From positions 23,805-87,804 of IMG/VR virus record IMGVR_UViG_3300027845_000349: DNA of 64,000 bases. One strand, 5' to 3'. This document shows positions 53,807-63,727 of this stretch, in pieces. A program made the translations under genes and the position numbers. The DNA comes from a virus. Lineage: Duplodnaviria; Caudoviricetes. Below the pieces are notes generated by a model. That model searched no databases. It was given only the letters and a program-made list of their open reading frames with translations, and was not told where the DNA came from. How positions within the stretch are numbered: position 1 is the first letter of the stretch; every line of letters starts with the position of its first letter.

Positions 53807-54003
53807 ACCACAGTTTAACTGTCAAAGGTTAGCTGTGGTATATCTATAAGACATTATCGACTGATGTTTACGGTACGCTTTAAACTATCTGGACAGCGGT
53901 AACAATGGTTTCGGTAAACCTACAAAGAGTTTCAAGCTTGAGTATCGTCTAATAATAGATAGTACAGATTGTTTGAGATATTTCAACTGTAAAAGAAATA
54001 CTC
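53807..54003 (+). ncRNA. Candidate structured RNA upstream of the second tRNA-like element
   Basis: ORF-free; four or more nested helices. Confidence 0.35.
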
Positions 54004-54008
54004 ATCAA

Positions 54009-54111
54009 GGGAAGTTAGCTCAGTTGGTAGAGCAAGCCAATATAGCATGTTGTGAAAAATCGCAAACTTGTATAATTGGTTATGTCATAGGTTCAAGCCC
54101 TATACTTTCCA
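54009..54111 (+). ncRNA. tRNA-like RNA with Ala-type acceptor and extended (37-nt) anticodon region
   Basis: GGGAAGT/ACTTTCC-A acceptor; canonical D-arm GCTC-AGTTGGTA-GAGC; AGCCA/TGGTT stem enclosing 37 nt; T-arm ATAGG-TTCAAGC-CCTAT. Confidence 0.8.
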
Positions 54112-54745
54112 TATCTCACAAAGTGGGATAAACAACTATAAAAAACGGTGCTTGTGGTTGCATGGCTCAACTGATAGCCTAAATTAAAATTTATGGGGGT
54201 AACCATGGGACTATCAAAAGATGTAGAAGAAGCTATAAAAGCTAATCTTTCCGGACAAACAGCCGGAGTTTTAAAGAAGTATATTGAAGAGCATGAACAG
54301 CTTGTTGAGGATTATGGAGATTTAGAACTAGAGATAGAAAGTCTTAAAAATACTTTAACTCTTATAAAAGGCGAAAATACAACGTTATCTTCTTACAGAA
54401 ACCGTTTAAAAGAGATCGAAAAAGGTGAAACAGAGCTTTCCGAAAAGAAAATACAATTCAGGATTGATTCTGGTATTCAGGAAATAAATGAAAAACACAG
54501 CAATCAGAGAGTAGAAGATCATAAAGCAATGTTTGATACTGTTTTCAGAAATACAGTTTTAAGAGAGAATAAATTAAAAAATGTTGTAGAGTCACAGTAT
54601 TGCACCAATTATGACAATAACAGTAACCCTATAGCAACCAAAATTTCAGATATGACTGTTCCTGTTGTAGACACCAAAGAAATAACCGAAGAATAGTTTA
54701 TATAGCTCTGTTTAACCACAGGGCTATTTTTTTAAAGGAGAAGAT

Positions 54746-55081
54746 ATGCCTATACAATTAATAATTGGATTAATCATAGTAGGAGCTCTAGGGCTTCAGT
54801 TTGGAGCTTTTAAGCTTCAGAAGCACATTAATGACAAGAAGGTAAAAAAGCTCAATGATGATCTATATGAGAAGACTGTAGTAATAGAAAATCTAAAAAA
54901 GGAAAAAGAAATCAGAGTCCGGGAACAGAAAGCCGGTGTTGCTCATCGAGAACGAATAAATATGACCAGAAAAGAGTCTAACGAGATTGAGTTCCAGATA
55001 GACAAAGCTCATACTCCAGCTCAAATAGATGCAATTGTCAGGATGATAGACAAAGATAATAACTTCAGGGTTAGATCATGA
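54746..55081 (+). CDS. Inner-membrane spanin candidate (Rz-like)
   Basis: N-terminal TM plus coiled coil; ATGA overlap with a lipoprotein gene. Confidence 0.6.
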   Translation: MPIQLIIGLIIVGALGLQFGAFKLQKHINDKKVKKLNDDLYEKTVVIENLKKEKEIRVREQKAGVAHRERINMTRKESNEIEFQIDKAHTPAQIDAIVRMIDKDNNFRVRS

Positions 55082-55380
55082 AAAAGATATTATTTTTATT
55101 CCTGATTATAATGATTTCTTCCTGCTGTACTCCTAAATATATTGAAGTTCCTGTTGAAATTAAGCCGGAATTTGAACCTGTTCCAGAAAGAGAAATTTTA
55201 GAACAAAGAGGACCTGATGAAGAACTAGTTAAATTCTTAACTAAAAGAATCAATTATTTTTCAGAATTGGTAAAATTATGGGAAAGTTGGGGAATTTCTG
55301 TCTATGAATCTGTTGACCTACCTCTTCCTGAGAGTCTACAGTTATTAGAAGATCTCGGGGGAAATCCTGAAGATGAATAA
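55078..55380 (+). CDS. Outer-membrane spanin candidate (Rz1-like lipoprotein)
   Basis: Lipobox MKKILFLFLIIMISSC followed by a Pro-rich segment. Confidence 0.6.
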   Translation: MKKILFLFLIIMISSCCTPKYIEVPVEIKPEFEPVPEREILEQRGPDEELVKFLTKRINYFSELVKLWESWGISVYESVDLPLPESLQLLEDLGGNPEDE

Positions 55381-55792
55381 AAATTTACATAATAATATAA
55401 AGAGAGGAAAGAGAAATGAGTGTAAGAGATTTAGTTGGAAAAATACCGTATATGGCCGGATGCAAGGATGCGGATAGATTTTCTGAAAGGAATACTATTT
55501 TATATGATCTTGAAGTAGCTGATCCAAAGTCTATATTTTCGTATCGTAAAGATGATGAAACACAGAATAGATTAGCAGTTGCTGAAATCCCACCTGAATT
55601 TGTTGAAGATTCAAAACTATACAGATATGCTATGGACAGAGTTAAAATAGCAATGTTGTCTTATGATAAAGAAAAGGGAAGAATTTCACCTAAGCAACAA
55701 GACACTTTAGATCTGCTTATTTCTGATCATAAAGAGAATCCTGAACCTATTGTAGATGAAGTATTTAATCTTGAAGCTTCTACTATGGGCGT

Positions 55793-56497
55793 ATGGAACC
55801 CATAAGAAAAGTAGGATTATTGGCCGGAATAGTTTTGTTGGCCAATAATCTAATAATATTCAATATATATAAATCAGGAACAAATATATTGGTTAATATA
55901 TTAATCCCTGCAATAATTATAACTATATCAGGCATAAAGAAGAAGAAAATTAAGAATTTATCTATAGCAATAATATTTATTATTATTGGTTCTTTTGTAG
56001 CTTTAAAAGGAGAGATAGATAACTTTTCTGCAATATCTTTATTCTTTGTTAGCTGGTTCATTATTAAAAATAAAATATATTGTATTGCCTCAGCATTAAT
56101 TTTATTAATACTAACTATTTTAAAGTTCTCAGTTAATGAACTACCTATACCTAATTTTGTAAATATGCTAAATGCATATATTATGATGGGATATGTATTC
56201 TATTATCTTTTTTGGCCTATAACCGAAATAAGATCAGATAAAGATCTTAACCGAGGCCTATCATTTGAGCAAATAGAGACTGTAAAAATGCTAATGAAAG
56301 GCTATAAACACCACCAAGCTGCAAAAGAACTAAACATAGAACGCTCATCGTATTCAGCCAGAGTTTCTTCTCTCCGGGATAGATATGGAGCAATATCTGA
56401 TTTTCAATTAGCTCTAGCTCTTAGAGAAGATGGCGTAATAGGTGAAGATGACTTCACCATGGTGAAACTTATCCAAAGAACAGATACAAACAAATAA
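55793..56497 (+). CDS. Multi-TM protein with C-terminal LuxR-type HTH
   Basis: About five or six hydrophobic segments, then LS.EQIE...ML.KGY.HHQAAKELNIERSSY..RV..LR.RYG.....QLA. Confidence 0.7.
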   Translation: MEPIRKVGLLAGIVLLANNLIIFNIYKSGTNILVNILIPAIIITISGIKKKKIKNLSIAIIFIIIGSFVALKGEIDNFSAISLFFVSWFIIKNKIYCIASALILLILTILKFSVNELPIPNFVNMLNAYIMMGYVFYYLFWPITEIRSDKDLNRGLSFEQIETVKMLMKGYKHHQAAKELNIERSSYSARVSSLRDRYGAISDFQLALALREDGVIGEDDFTMVKLIQRTDTNK

Positions 56498-56533
56498 TAA
56501 GGGTATATAAAGAGACATATCAGGAGGATTGAT

Positions 56534-56842
56534 ATGTCATTTTTAACCTCAGAAAATACAAATCGAATTGCTTCAATAGCAAAAACAACGGTAACTCAGG
56601 CCGACTCATACCCATATAGTATTGATATTGGGACTCCAGCCGTAGGTTTTGGAGCAATGAATGCAGATACAGCAACAACTTTAGTTTTTTCTCTTTTAAC
56701 AAAAACAAATGAAACCATAGGACCTTTTTATGTTCCTGCTGGAGCTTCTTTATCTGAAGAAGTGCCACCATTTTCTCAAATAGATGTAACTACTGCAACA
56801 ACAGCGTTTTATATCGTGATTAGAGGAACATTGGAGGGATAA
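56534..56842 (+). CDS. Putative small virion protein
   Basis: 102 aa, beta-rich, strong GGAGG SD; precedes the giant gene. Confidence 0.5.
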   Translation: MSFLTSENTNRIASIAKTTVTQADSYPYSIDIGTPAVGFGAMNADTATTLVFSLLTKTNETIGPFYVPAGASLSEEVPPFSQIDVTTATTAFYIVIRGTLEG

Positions 56843-56843
56843 T

Positions 56844-59800
56844 ATGAGTACAGGAAAAGGATACACAAGTGCTGGAGCTGGTGGTGGTGGTGGTGGAACA
56901 ACTGATAATACAACAGATACTAGAATACCATATAAGAATATAAGTGAGTTTGATGATTCTCCTTTATATGTAGATGTTCCTAATACAAAAGTAGTTTCTG
57001 ACTGGACTTTTGAAATTCCTGGTGGAACATTATCTATTGGAGAAACAACAAATTTAAGTGCTTGTACAGGTGCTTTAATAGTTGAAGATGAAATAAATGG
57101 AGTATTATCAAATATAATAGGATCTGTTTTTGATGATACAGGTGCAGAATTACCGGTTTATCTTGATTTAGATACGGAATTTTCTTTAGATATACAAACA
57201 ACTTTTACTGAAACAATAACAGACAATCCTCTTACATATAGCCTTACTGGAACTGTAGTATCTCCAGAAGTAAGACAATTCAATACACTTACTTTTAAAA
57301 CTGGTTCTATTTTAACAAATGTAAGAGGAAAATTTACAGACAATACGACTGGTGCTGTAATGCGTTATTTTCCTTCTAAAGCTGAATTTGATGCTGGAAC
57401 AGGGATAACCACAGTAGCAGGGGATAATGTTTTAAATTTTGCCAGCACAGCAGCCGATACCCCAGGTGTTTTTAACTTAGGTATAAACCCTTTTATTGTA
57501 TCAAATGGGCAGCAGATAGATGTTGAAATCGCTGGAGATTCAATTGATTTCTTAGGAAATGTAACTGACATACCGTATATGGTTGCAGAGGTTCAAGATG
57601 GTCCTTATGTTGCATTATCTGATAAAGAAACCGCAGATAGACATCAAACTACTGGAATCCTTGAGGGAGGAGTAATTTCAATAGCCACAACTTCTACAGT
57701 AAACTGGACTTCTGGGCGTGGGATTGTTTCTGATTATTCAGACCCTGAGAACCCAGTAATTACAGATGTTTCGTGGGATGCAGTTTCTGGAAATACGCCA
57801 ACAGCTCTTGCAACCGATGGAACAACTCTTTTTGGATATAATAGTGCAGGAGTATTGCAAGAGAAATTATCAACTGCTGTTACTATAGCAGATTCTCATA
57901 ATATCATTTGGTTTGGTTCTGCATCTCATTTTAGTAGTGTAATAACAAGCGTAATAACAGCACCTGGAAATATAGGATATGATGGGATAGGAAGTTTTTC
58001 AGACTTTATAAATCTAGTTATTGGCCCGGCTAATATAGATGGAAATGTGTATGGATCTAATGGAACTAATCTGAATATAGATGTAGTAGGTGGGAATGCC
58101 TACATGTTAGGTTCAAATTTTAGAACAGATCCAAAACTTTCAGATATTGTAACTCTAGGAAATGTATCAGCTATAAACTTTTTTGATGTTTATAGATCAG
58201 CAGGGGCTGGTCTAAGCGTAATATATAATGGTACTACCGATTTAATAGATCCAACCAAATATGATGATGGTTCAGGTACATTAGCAACAGTAACAACAAA
58301 TTACTGGACTATAATGAGAATATTTAGAAGCAGAACAGGTACAACATTTGTAGCTTATGGACAACAGGAATTTGCAACTAAAGAATTAGCATTAGAAGCT
58401 AAAGGGGATGAGCCTTTTATAGAAAAAGATCCTTTACCGTTTACACTTTATAGATGTTCCTTAGTCGTATCAGAAGCAGCTACTGATTTAAGCGATACAG
58501 GTGATGCAGAATTTTTTGCAGAGTCAAGTTTTAGAGTTGGCGGTGTCCAAAGTTCATCAACTTCAATCCCAGGGGTTACAAGCCCGGGAGGTTCTGATAA
58601 AAGTGTTCAATATAATGACTCTAATACTTTCGGTGGAGATTCTTATTATACATATGATTCATCTACAAGGACAATGGGATTAAAATCTATTGCTGCAAAT
58701 ACTTCAACAATTGAATTTACCAATAGCTCAGATGTTTTTAAAGGTTCAATACAATATAACGAATCAACTGATGTATTTAAAATTACTCCTCCAACTACAA
58801 CTGGAATAGTTCAGATAGGGGAAGGTGTTTATATACACGAAGGTGCAGCAGATGGTCGAATTGACATAGAAGCTATTACCACAGCAGGAACCGCAGAATT
58901 AACACTTTCTGATGCAGCAGGTGGTACTGGTCTAATGATAACATATGATGATGCCACGGATTCATCTGCTATATCTGGTGAAGAAGGAACTCTTACAATA
59001 GAGACTACCACCGATAACGATATAATAATGTTAATCGGTGGTGATACATCTCAATTGGCTATATCTAACACAACTGCACCAGATACAAATGAACTATTAT
59101 CATTAACTACTGGTGGCACAAATGGTGCTGATATTGATCTATATGTCGGTACAAGAAATCCTGAAGGCAATATTACTGCACTTGATGGAGCTTTATATTT
59201 TAGAAAAAATGGTGTTGACTCAAATATCTTCAGACATGAATCTATAGGATCAAGTTCGGCAGGTTGGACTCCTTTAGTTGGAAGCGGTAGTTCTGGTGCT
59301 TCAGTCGCTAATTCAATGGCTGTATTTCTTGACACAACAGGGGAGACTATTGAAAGTATAAACTCAATACTAACCACTGAAACATCTTCAAGTATACAAC
59401 TTGATTTAACACCCGGATTATCCACCGGAAATACTTTCTTTTCATTTAATACCAGCTTATCAGTCCCAACTTTTAGGATATCAAGAGTAAGTGATACAAG
59501 TGATTTGACAATCGAGTCAACGATTGGTGATTTAGTAATAGATAATAGTGTAGCAACTGGTAATATAACATTGAAAGCAAGTAACGCTCCAGATACCCAA
59601 GCACTATTGAATCTAATAACTGAGGGAGCGAATGGCGGTACAGTCGATGTCCATATAGGTTCAAGAACACCGGAAGGAAACGTCACAGCCAATGGTGGGG
59701 CTCTGTATGTTCGAGATGATGGTACAAGCTCAGATATGTATATAAAAAGATCTGAAGGTGGGAATACTGGATGGGTTGATTTTATACATAGTTCAAGTGG

Positions 59801-62800
59801 TGTTAAGGGTCCAGCGTCAAGCACTGATGACGGCATAGTTGTATGGGACGGAACGAACGGTGAGCTTTTAAAATCACCCGCTTTTATAACAATTAATTCA
59901 AACGCTACGGCTACAGACATAATTCTTAAATCACCAAGTGTTAGCGGAATTCCTGCATATTTTCTTGAAGATAGCTCAGGGCTACCAAAAGGTGTTTTTG
60001 AATATTTAGAAAGTACTGATATTACCAGATTACTTGTTAACAGTGCTGATTTTGAACTTGATGCTAATCAGGAAATAGATATATTTACAACTTCTGCTAC
60101 AGGCCAGATAAATTTTGCTGGGACAAACCTGCCTGATACATTGCCATTAATACAATACTTAACTGGTGGAGCAAACGGAACATCTTGTGATACTTTTTAC
60201 GGTACAAGAGATCCGAACAGTAATGTAACAGGAAGTCCTGGAGATCTTTATTTTAGAAGTGATAACGCAAATTCTACAATATACATCCATGAAGGAACTG
60301 GATCATCAAACACAGATTGGATTAGTCTCATAAGTTCTAGTAGTGGCGTAACTGGACCAGCTTCAAACACTGCAAATTCAATTCCTGTATGGAGTGGTAC
60401 AGGTGGTGATACTTTAGCAGATGAACCTAATTTTAGAGTAGTTCTTTCAGGAAACGTTTTTAAACTTGAACTCGAAGCACCAGCGGTAAATGATACTGCA
60501 AGATATGAACTACTTGATAGCTCTAGTGTATCTGCTTCTTATTGGCAATTTAACGATCAGTCAAAGTTAACTTTACTGTTATCTGAAGCTGGTGATCTAG
60601 AAGTCGGATCACAATTTGATAACTTAATATTAAGTGTTAATGCAAACGATGCAGAAATACAACTTCAAGGATATTCACTGCCAGATACTCAGAACTTATT
60701 GAACTTAACAACAGGTGGAGCTAATGGAGCAACTTCAAATATTTTTGTTGGTGGTCGTACTCCTTTTGAGAATGTAACAGGAATACCGGGAGATCATTAT
60801 CTCCGAACTGGTGGTGTTGATTCAGCTGAATATATTCACACTGATAGTGCATCAAGTAATGTTGGCTGGTCTAAAATCATGGTTGATTCTGACACAAACG
60901 CTTTCGGTGGTTTTGGAAGGTATGAAAACCTTTTAACTTATTCTGAAGATATGACAGATGTGATTTGGACTCAGCCAGCAAGCCGAGTTACACTTACTGG
61001 AGACAATGCTACAGCACCAAATGGGGAACTAACTGCTGATACTGTTGAATGGACAGCCGTTGGTCTTGGATTTAGGCACGATGTTACAACTGTTGACACA
61101 TCCGTCTATACCCTTACTTTTTGGGCACAAAGTATTTCAGGTAATAACACGATACGGTTTGACCTTGGTGAGGGTCCTGTAATGGATGTTGTCATTGGCA
61201 CCAATACTTTACGTCGCTATTCAGTTGAATTAACTTCAGGGGCTACTAATCATCTTGATATAACAGTTCAAAGCACACTTGGAACGTTTGTTTTCTGGGG
61301 TTGGAATTTATCTCTTGGAACTGATGTTATACCTTATTCCAAAACAGAAGCTTTTGCTCTTACAACATCAGATTATGGTTTGAGTGTTGCTGGTAATTTC
61401 CGAACTGATTTTACTGAGATAGTAAGCGAATCATCTGGAGCCTTAAATACATTTAGGGTTAAAACAGGTACTTTTGGTTCTTACTTATTACTTGCTGATG
61501 GTTCAGGATTCGATAACGTAACAATAGAATGTTATGAAGATGGAACAGAGTCTAACATTGGACTTGATGCTGGAACATCTTCACGGATACATTCAGCTTC
61601 ACCTCTTTTCAGAATAGAAAGTGACGTTGAGAGTGTTAATGTTGTAACAGGGGGAGCAGATACAAAACCACCTATTACAATAGAAGCTGAAGGAACAAAC
61701 GGAGCTAAGATACAAATATTTAGTAGTGATAGAGATCCTAATGGGAATGTAACCGGATTACCTGGGGATGTGTTCCACACGAAAGATGGTGTTAGTTCAG
61801 GATCATATGAAAGCCTTGAAGCTACAAGTGGAACAAACTGGTTTAAACGTGCATTAAGTCCTCCGGATGAAATTAATATATATTCAGGAGCTCAATTTGA
61901 TGCTCTGGCAACTGCTGGAGTTATCACAATTACACAAGATACAACTTTTGTTGTTAAGGTTGAGGGAGGATTCTCAACAACCACAAGAATTGAAGTCACT
62001 GGCGGTGATTTGATGATGACTTCAGAAGATTATCAATCACCGGGAATAACCTACACAGGTGGAGGGACATTTTTTACAAACCACACTCCCGGTTCTGATA
62101 TTCGAGTAAGAGGTCGCTTGCGTTTCAAAGGGAATGGAACAGGAACTTTCTGCTCAATAAGGGGTCTGTTTGGAACTGGTGATGCAAATCTTGATATGAC
62201 AGATACAACAATACAAGATTGGGCTGATATGGGAACAATCCAACAAGGAGTTTTCTTATCAACAAATGTTTCCTATGTATTATATTCTGCACCATTTAAG
62301 ATAATTCAAACATCTATTACATTAAACAATAATATTTTAGCATTCGGAGGGTTGTTTCTCGATATCACAAGTGAGCGTGCAGGAGCAGAAAGCGACACAA
62401 TTGAAATAGCTGGTATTGTTCCATTAGGATTAAGCGGTTCTCTTTTTAGGATTGATCCTTTTCAAGCAGATGACTCCAGAATATCAGTTTCGTCAGTAGA
62501 TACCGGAGATAGTGCAGTAAATGTTTTTGATGTATCAGGCGGTACAACTGGACTATTTACGGCTGTTGCTGATACTGGTCTACCCATACAAGCGATTACA
62601 TCTGTTGCAAATGACGGAAGCGGAAACGCTGTATTCACAACAACAAGCTCTCCTATTGATGGACAGACAGTAGTTCAAAGTGGCTTTACTGTTAATACAA
62701 ACTACAATGGCACATTCTTTTGTCTTGCAAGAACTGCAACCACGTATGAATTAACAGACGGAGTAAATCAAGTTGCGTTTGGTACAACAGAAATAGGTGT

Positions 62801-63716
62801 ACTTAACGGTGATGGTATACAGGTTACTTCAAATGGGCATGGGTTATCAAACGGAGATACTCTTCAACTTAACTGTGATTTTACAACTGAATATGACGGT
62901 GGATATGTGATTTATAATGTTCAAACAAATACGTTTGATGTTGATGCTGTTTTTGGTCTTACGCAAGCAGGAACATGGGATACAACTGGACTTGATCAAA
63001 CTAATCCTATTGTGGCATCAAGTGGAAATTTTGGTAAACAGCCAAGTAGTGTTAATGTTGAAATATCAGTTTCAGGAAATATAGCTACAACAATAATTCC
63101 AGCAGCCGGTGCAAAGGTGATTATGAACGCAACACCTTGGATTACTCAAACAGCCGAAAGAATTAAAACTGATAATCAAGGTGATGCCATTTACACAGGA
63201 ATAACAACAGCAGCAGCAAAACTTGATGGGAATGTTTTACTTGAACCTACAGGCTCATCAAAGTCATTAAGCTGTCAGTTTGTAAGACAGGACACTGAGA
63301 GATTTGTTGTCAACTTCACCAATGGAACAAATATAATCAATGAGGCTGGTCATAGCTTAGTTAATGGCGATAATATAACCTTCAATGATAGTGTTGGTAC
63401 AATGCCAGTTTTATTGAGAAAAGACATAATTTATTTTGTTATATCTGTTACAGCCGGAACTTTTCAAGTTTCTTATACTCTGGGAGGAGCTGTTGTTGCT
63501 TTTGGTGATGATGGTTCAGGTGTAAATTCGTATGCTATGGCTGATCTACATGGATCAAAGCCTACAAATCCAATAGCAGCAAATAGTCCAAGAACATTAG
63601 TACCGCAAGCATTAGAAGATTTGGACACAAACGATAAAACATTTATCATTATTTCAAATGAAGATGATGCAACCAATGTTGTAGTTACAGATGCATATTA
63701 TAGAGTAGTTGAATAA
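56844..63716 (+). CDS. Giant virion fibre/spike protein with internal repeats
   Basis: 2290 aa, T/S/G-rich; about five L.TGG.NG.....G.R.P.GNVT...G..Y.R modules; NLLTYSED..D.IW carbohydrate-binding-like module. Confidence 0.65.
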   Translation: MSTGKGYTSAGAGGGGGGTTDNTTDTRIPYKNISEFDDSPLYVDVPNTKVVSDWTFEIPGGTLSIGETTNLSACTGALIVEDEINGVLSNIIGSVFDDTGAELPVYLDLDTEFSLDIQTTFTETITDNPLTYSLTGTVVSPEVRQFNTLTFKTGSILTNVRGKFTDNTTGAVMRYFPSKAEFDAGTGITTVAGDNVLNFASTAADTPGVFNLGINPFIVSNGQQIDVEIAGDSIDFLGNVTDIPYMVAEVQDGPYVALSDKETADRHQTTGILEGGVISIATTSTVNWTSGRGIVSDYSDPENPVITDVSWDAVSGNTPTALATDGTTLFGYNSAGVLQEKLSTAVTIADSHNIIWFGSASHFSSVITSVITAPGNIGYDGIGSFSDFINLVIGPANIDGNVYGSNGTNLNIDVVGGNAYMLGSNFRTDPKLSDIVTLGNVSAINFFDVYRSAGAGLSVIYNGTTDLIDPTKYDDGSGTLATVTTNYWTIMRIFRSRTGTTFVAYGQQEFATKELALEAKGDEPFIEKDPLPFTLYRCSLVVSEAATDLSDTGDAEFFAESSFRVGGVQSSSTSIPGVTSPGGSDKSVQYNDSNTFGGDSYYTYDSSTRTMGLKSIAANTSTIEFTNSSDVFKGSIQYNESTDVFKITPPTTTGIVQIGEGVYIHEGAADGRIDIEAITTAGTAELTLSDAAGGTGLMITYDDATDSSAISGEEGTLTIETTTDNDIIMLIGGDTSQLAISNTTAPDTNELLSLTTGGTNGADIDLYVGTRNPEGNITALDGALYFRKNGVDSNIFRHESIGSSSAGWTPLVGSGSSGASVANSMAVFLDTTGETIESINSILTTETSSSIQLDLTPGLSTGNTFFSFNTSLSVPTFRISRVSDTSDLTIESTIGDLVIDNSVATGNITLKASNAPDTQALLNLITEGANGGTVDVHIGSRTPEGNVTANGGALYVRDDGTSSDMYIKRSEGGNTGWVDFIHSSSGVKGPASSTDDGIVVWDGTNGELLKSPAFITINSNATATDIILKSPSVSGIPAYFLEDSSGLPKGVFEYLESTDITRLLVNSADFELDANQEIDIFTTSATGQINFAGTNLPDTLPLIQYLTGGANGTSCDTFYGTRDPNSNVTGSPGDLYFRSDNANSTIYIHEGTGSSNTDWISLISSSSGVTGPASNTANSIPVWSGTGGDTLADEPNFRVVLSGNVFKLELEAPAVNDTARYELLDSSSVSASYWQFNDQSKLTLLLSEAGDLEVGSQFDNLILSVNANDAEIQLQGYSLPDTQNLLNLTTGGANGATSNIFVGGRTPFENVTGIPGDHYLRTGGVDSAEYIHTDSASSNVGWSKIMVDSDTNAFGGFGRYENLLTYSEDMTDVIWTQPASRVTLTGDNATAPNGELTADTVEWTAVGLGFRHDVTTVDTSVYTLTFWAQSISGNNTIRFDLGEGPVMDVVIGTNTLRRYSVELTSGATNHLDITVQSTLGTFVFWGWNLSLGTDVIPYSKTEAFALTTSDYGLSVAGNFRTDFTEIVSESSGALNTFRVKTGTFGSYLLLADGSGFDNVTIECYEDGTESNIGLDAGTSSRIHSASPLFRIESDVESVNVVTGGADTKPPITIEAEGTNGAKIQIFSSDRDPNGNVTGLPGDVFHTKDGVSSGSYESLEATSGTNWFKRALSPPDEINIYSGAQFDALATAGVITITQDTTFVVKVEGGFSTTTRIEVTGGDLMMTSEDYQSPGITYTGGGTFFTNHTPGSDIRVRGRLRFKGNGTGTFCSIRGLFGTGDANLDMTDTTIQDWADMGTIQQGVFLSTNVSYVLYSAPFKIIQTSITLNNNILAFGGLFLDITSERAGAESDTIEIAGIVPLGLSGSLFRIDPFQADDSRISVSSVDTGDSAVNVFDVSGGTTGLFTAVADTGLPIQAITSVANDGSGNAVFTTTSSPIDGQTVVQSGFTVNTNYNGTFFCLARTATTYELTDGVNQVAFGTTEIGVLNGDGIQVTSNGHGLSNGDTLQLNCDFTTEYDGGYVIYNVQTNTFDVDAVFGLTQAGTWDTTGLDQTNPIVASSGNFGKQPSSVNVEISVSGNIATTIIPAAGAKVIMNATPWITQTAERIKTDNQGDAIYTGITTAAAKLDGNVLLEPTGSSKSLSCQFVRQDTERFVVNFTNGTNIINEAGHSLVNGDNITFNDSVGTMPVLLRKDIIYFVISVTAGTFQVSYTLGGAVVAFGDDGSGVNSYAMADLHGSKPTNPIAANSPRTLVPQALEDLDTNDKTFIIISNEDDATNVVVTDAYYRVVE

Positions 63717-63727
63717 AAGGAGAAAAT

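Noticed and set aside
53807-54003. Hammerhead ribozyme, tmRNA or RNase P RNA
   Set aside because: CTGATG is followed by T and there is no GAAA core; no tag ORF or pseudoknot series; no RNase P P4 consensus.
54040-54076. Group I/II intron in a tRNA
   Set aside because: The 30-nt excess is far too short and lacks catalytic core motifs.
54150-54180. Fragment resembling a tRNA 5' end (GGTTGCATGGCTCAACTGATAG)
   Set aside because: No anticodon arm, T-arm or 3' acceptor strand follows; at most a remnant.
2505-63676. Opposite-strand or alternate-frame ORFs in the track (e.g. 2505-2828, 7833-8192, 23068-23424, 45215-45526, 59051-59920)
   Set aside because: They overlap better-supported genes, lack SDs or family motifs, and look like shadow ORFs.
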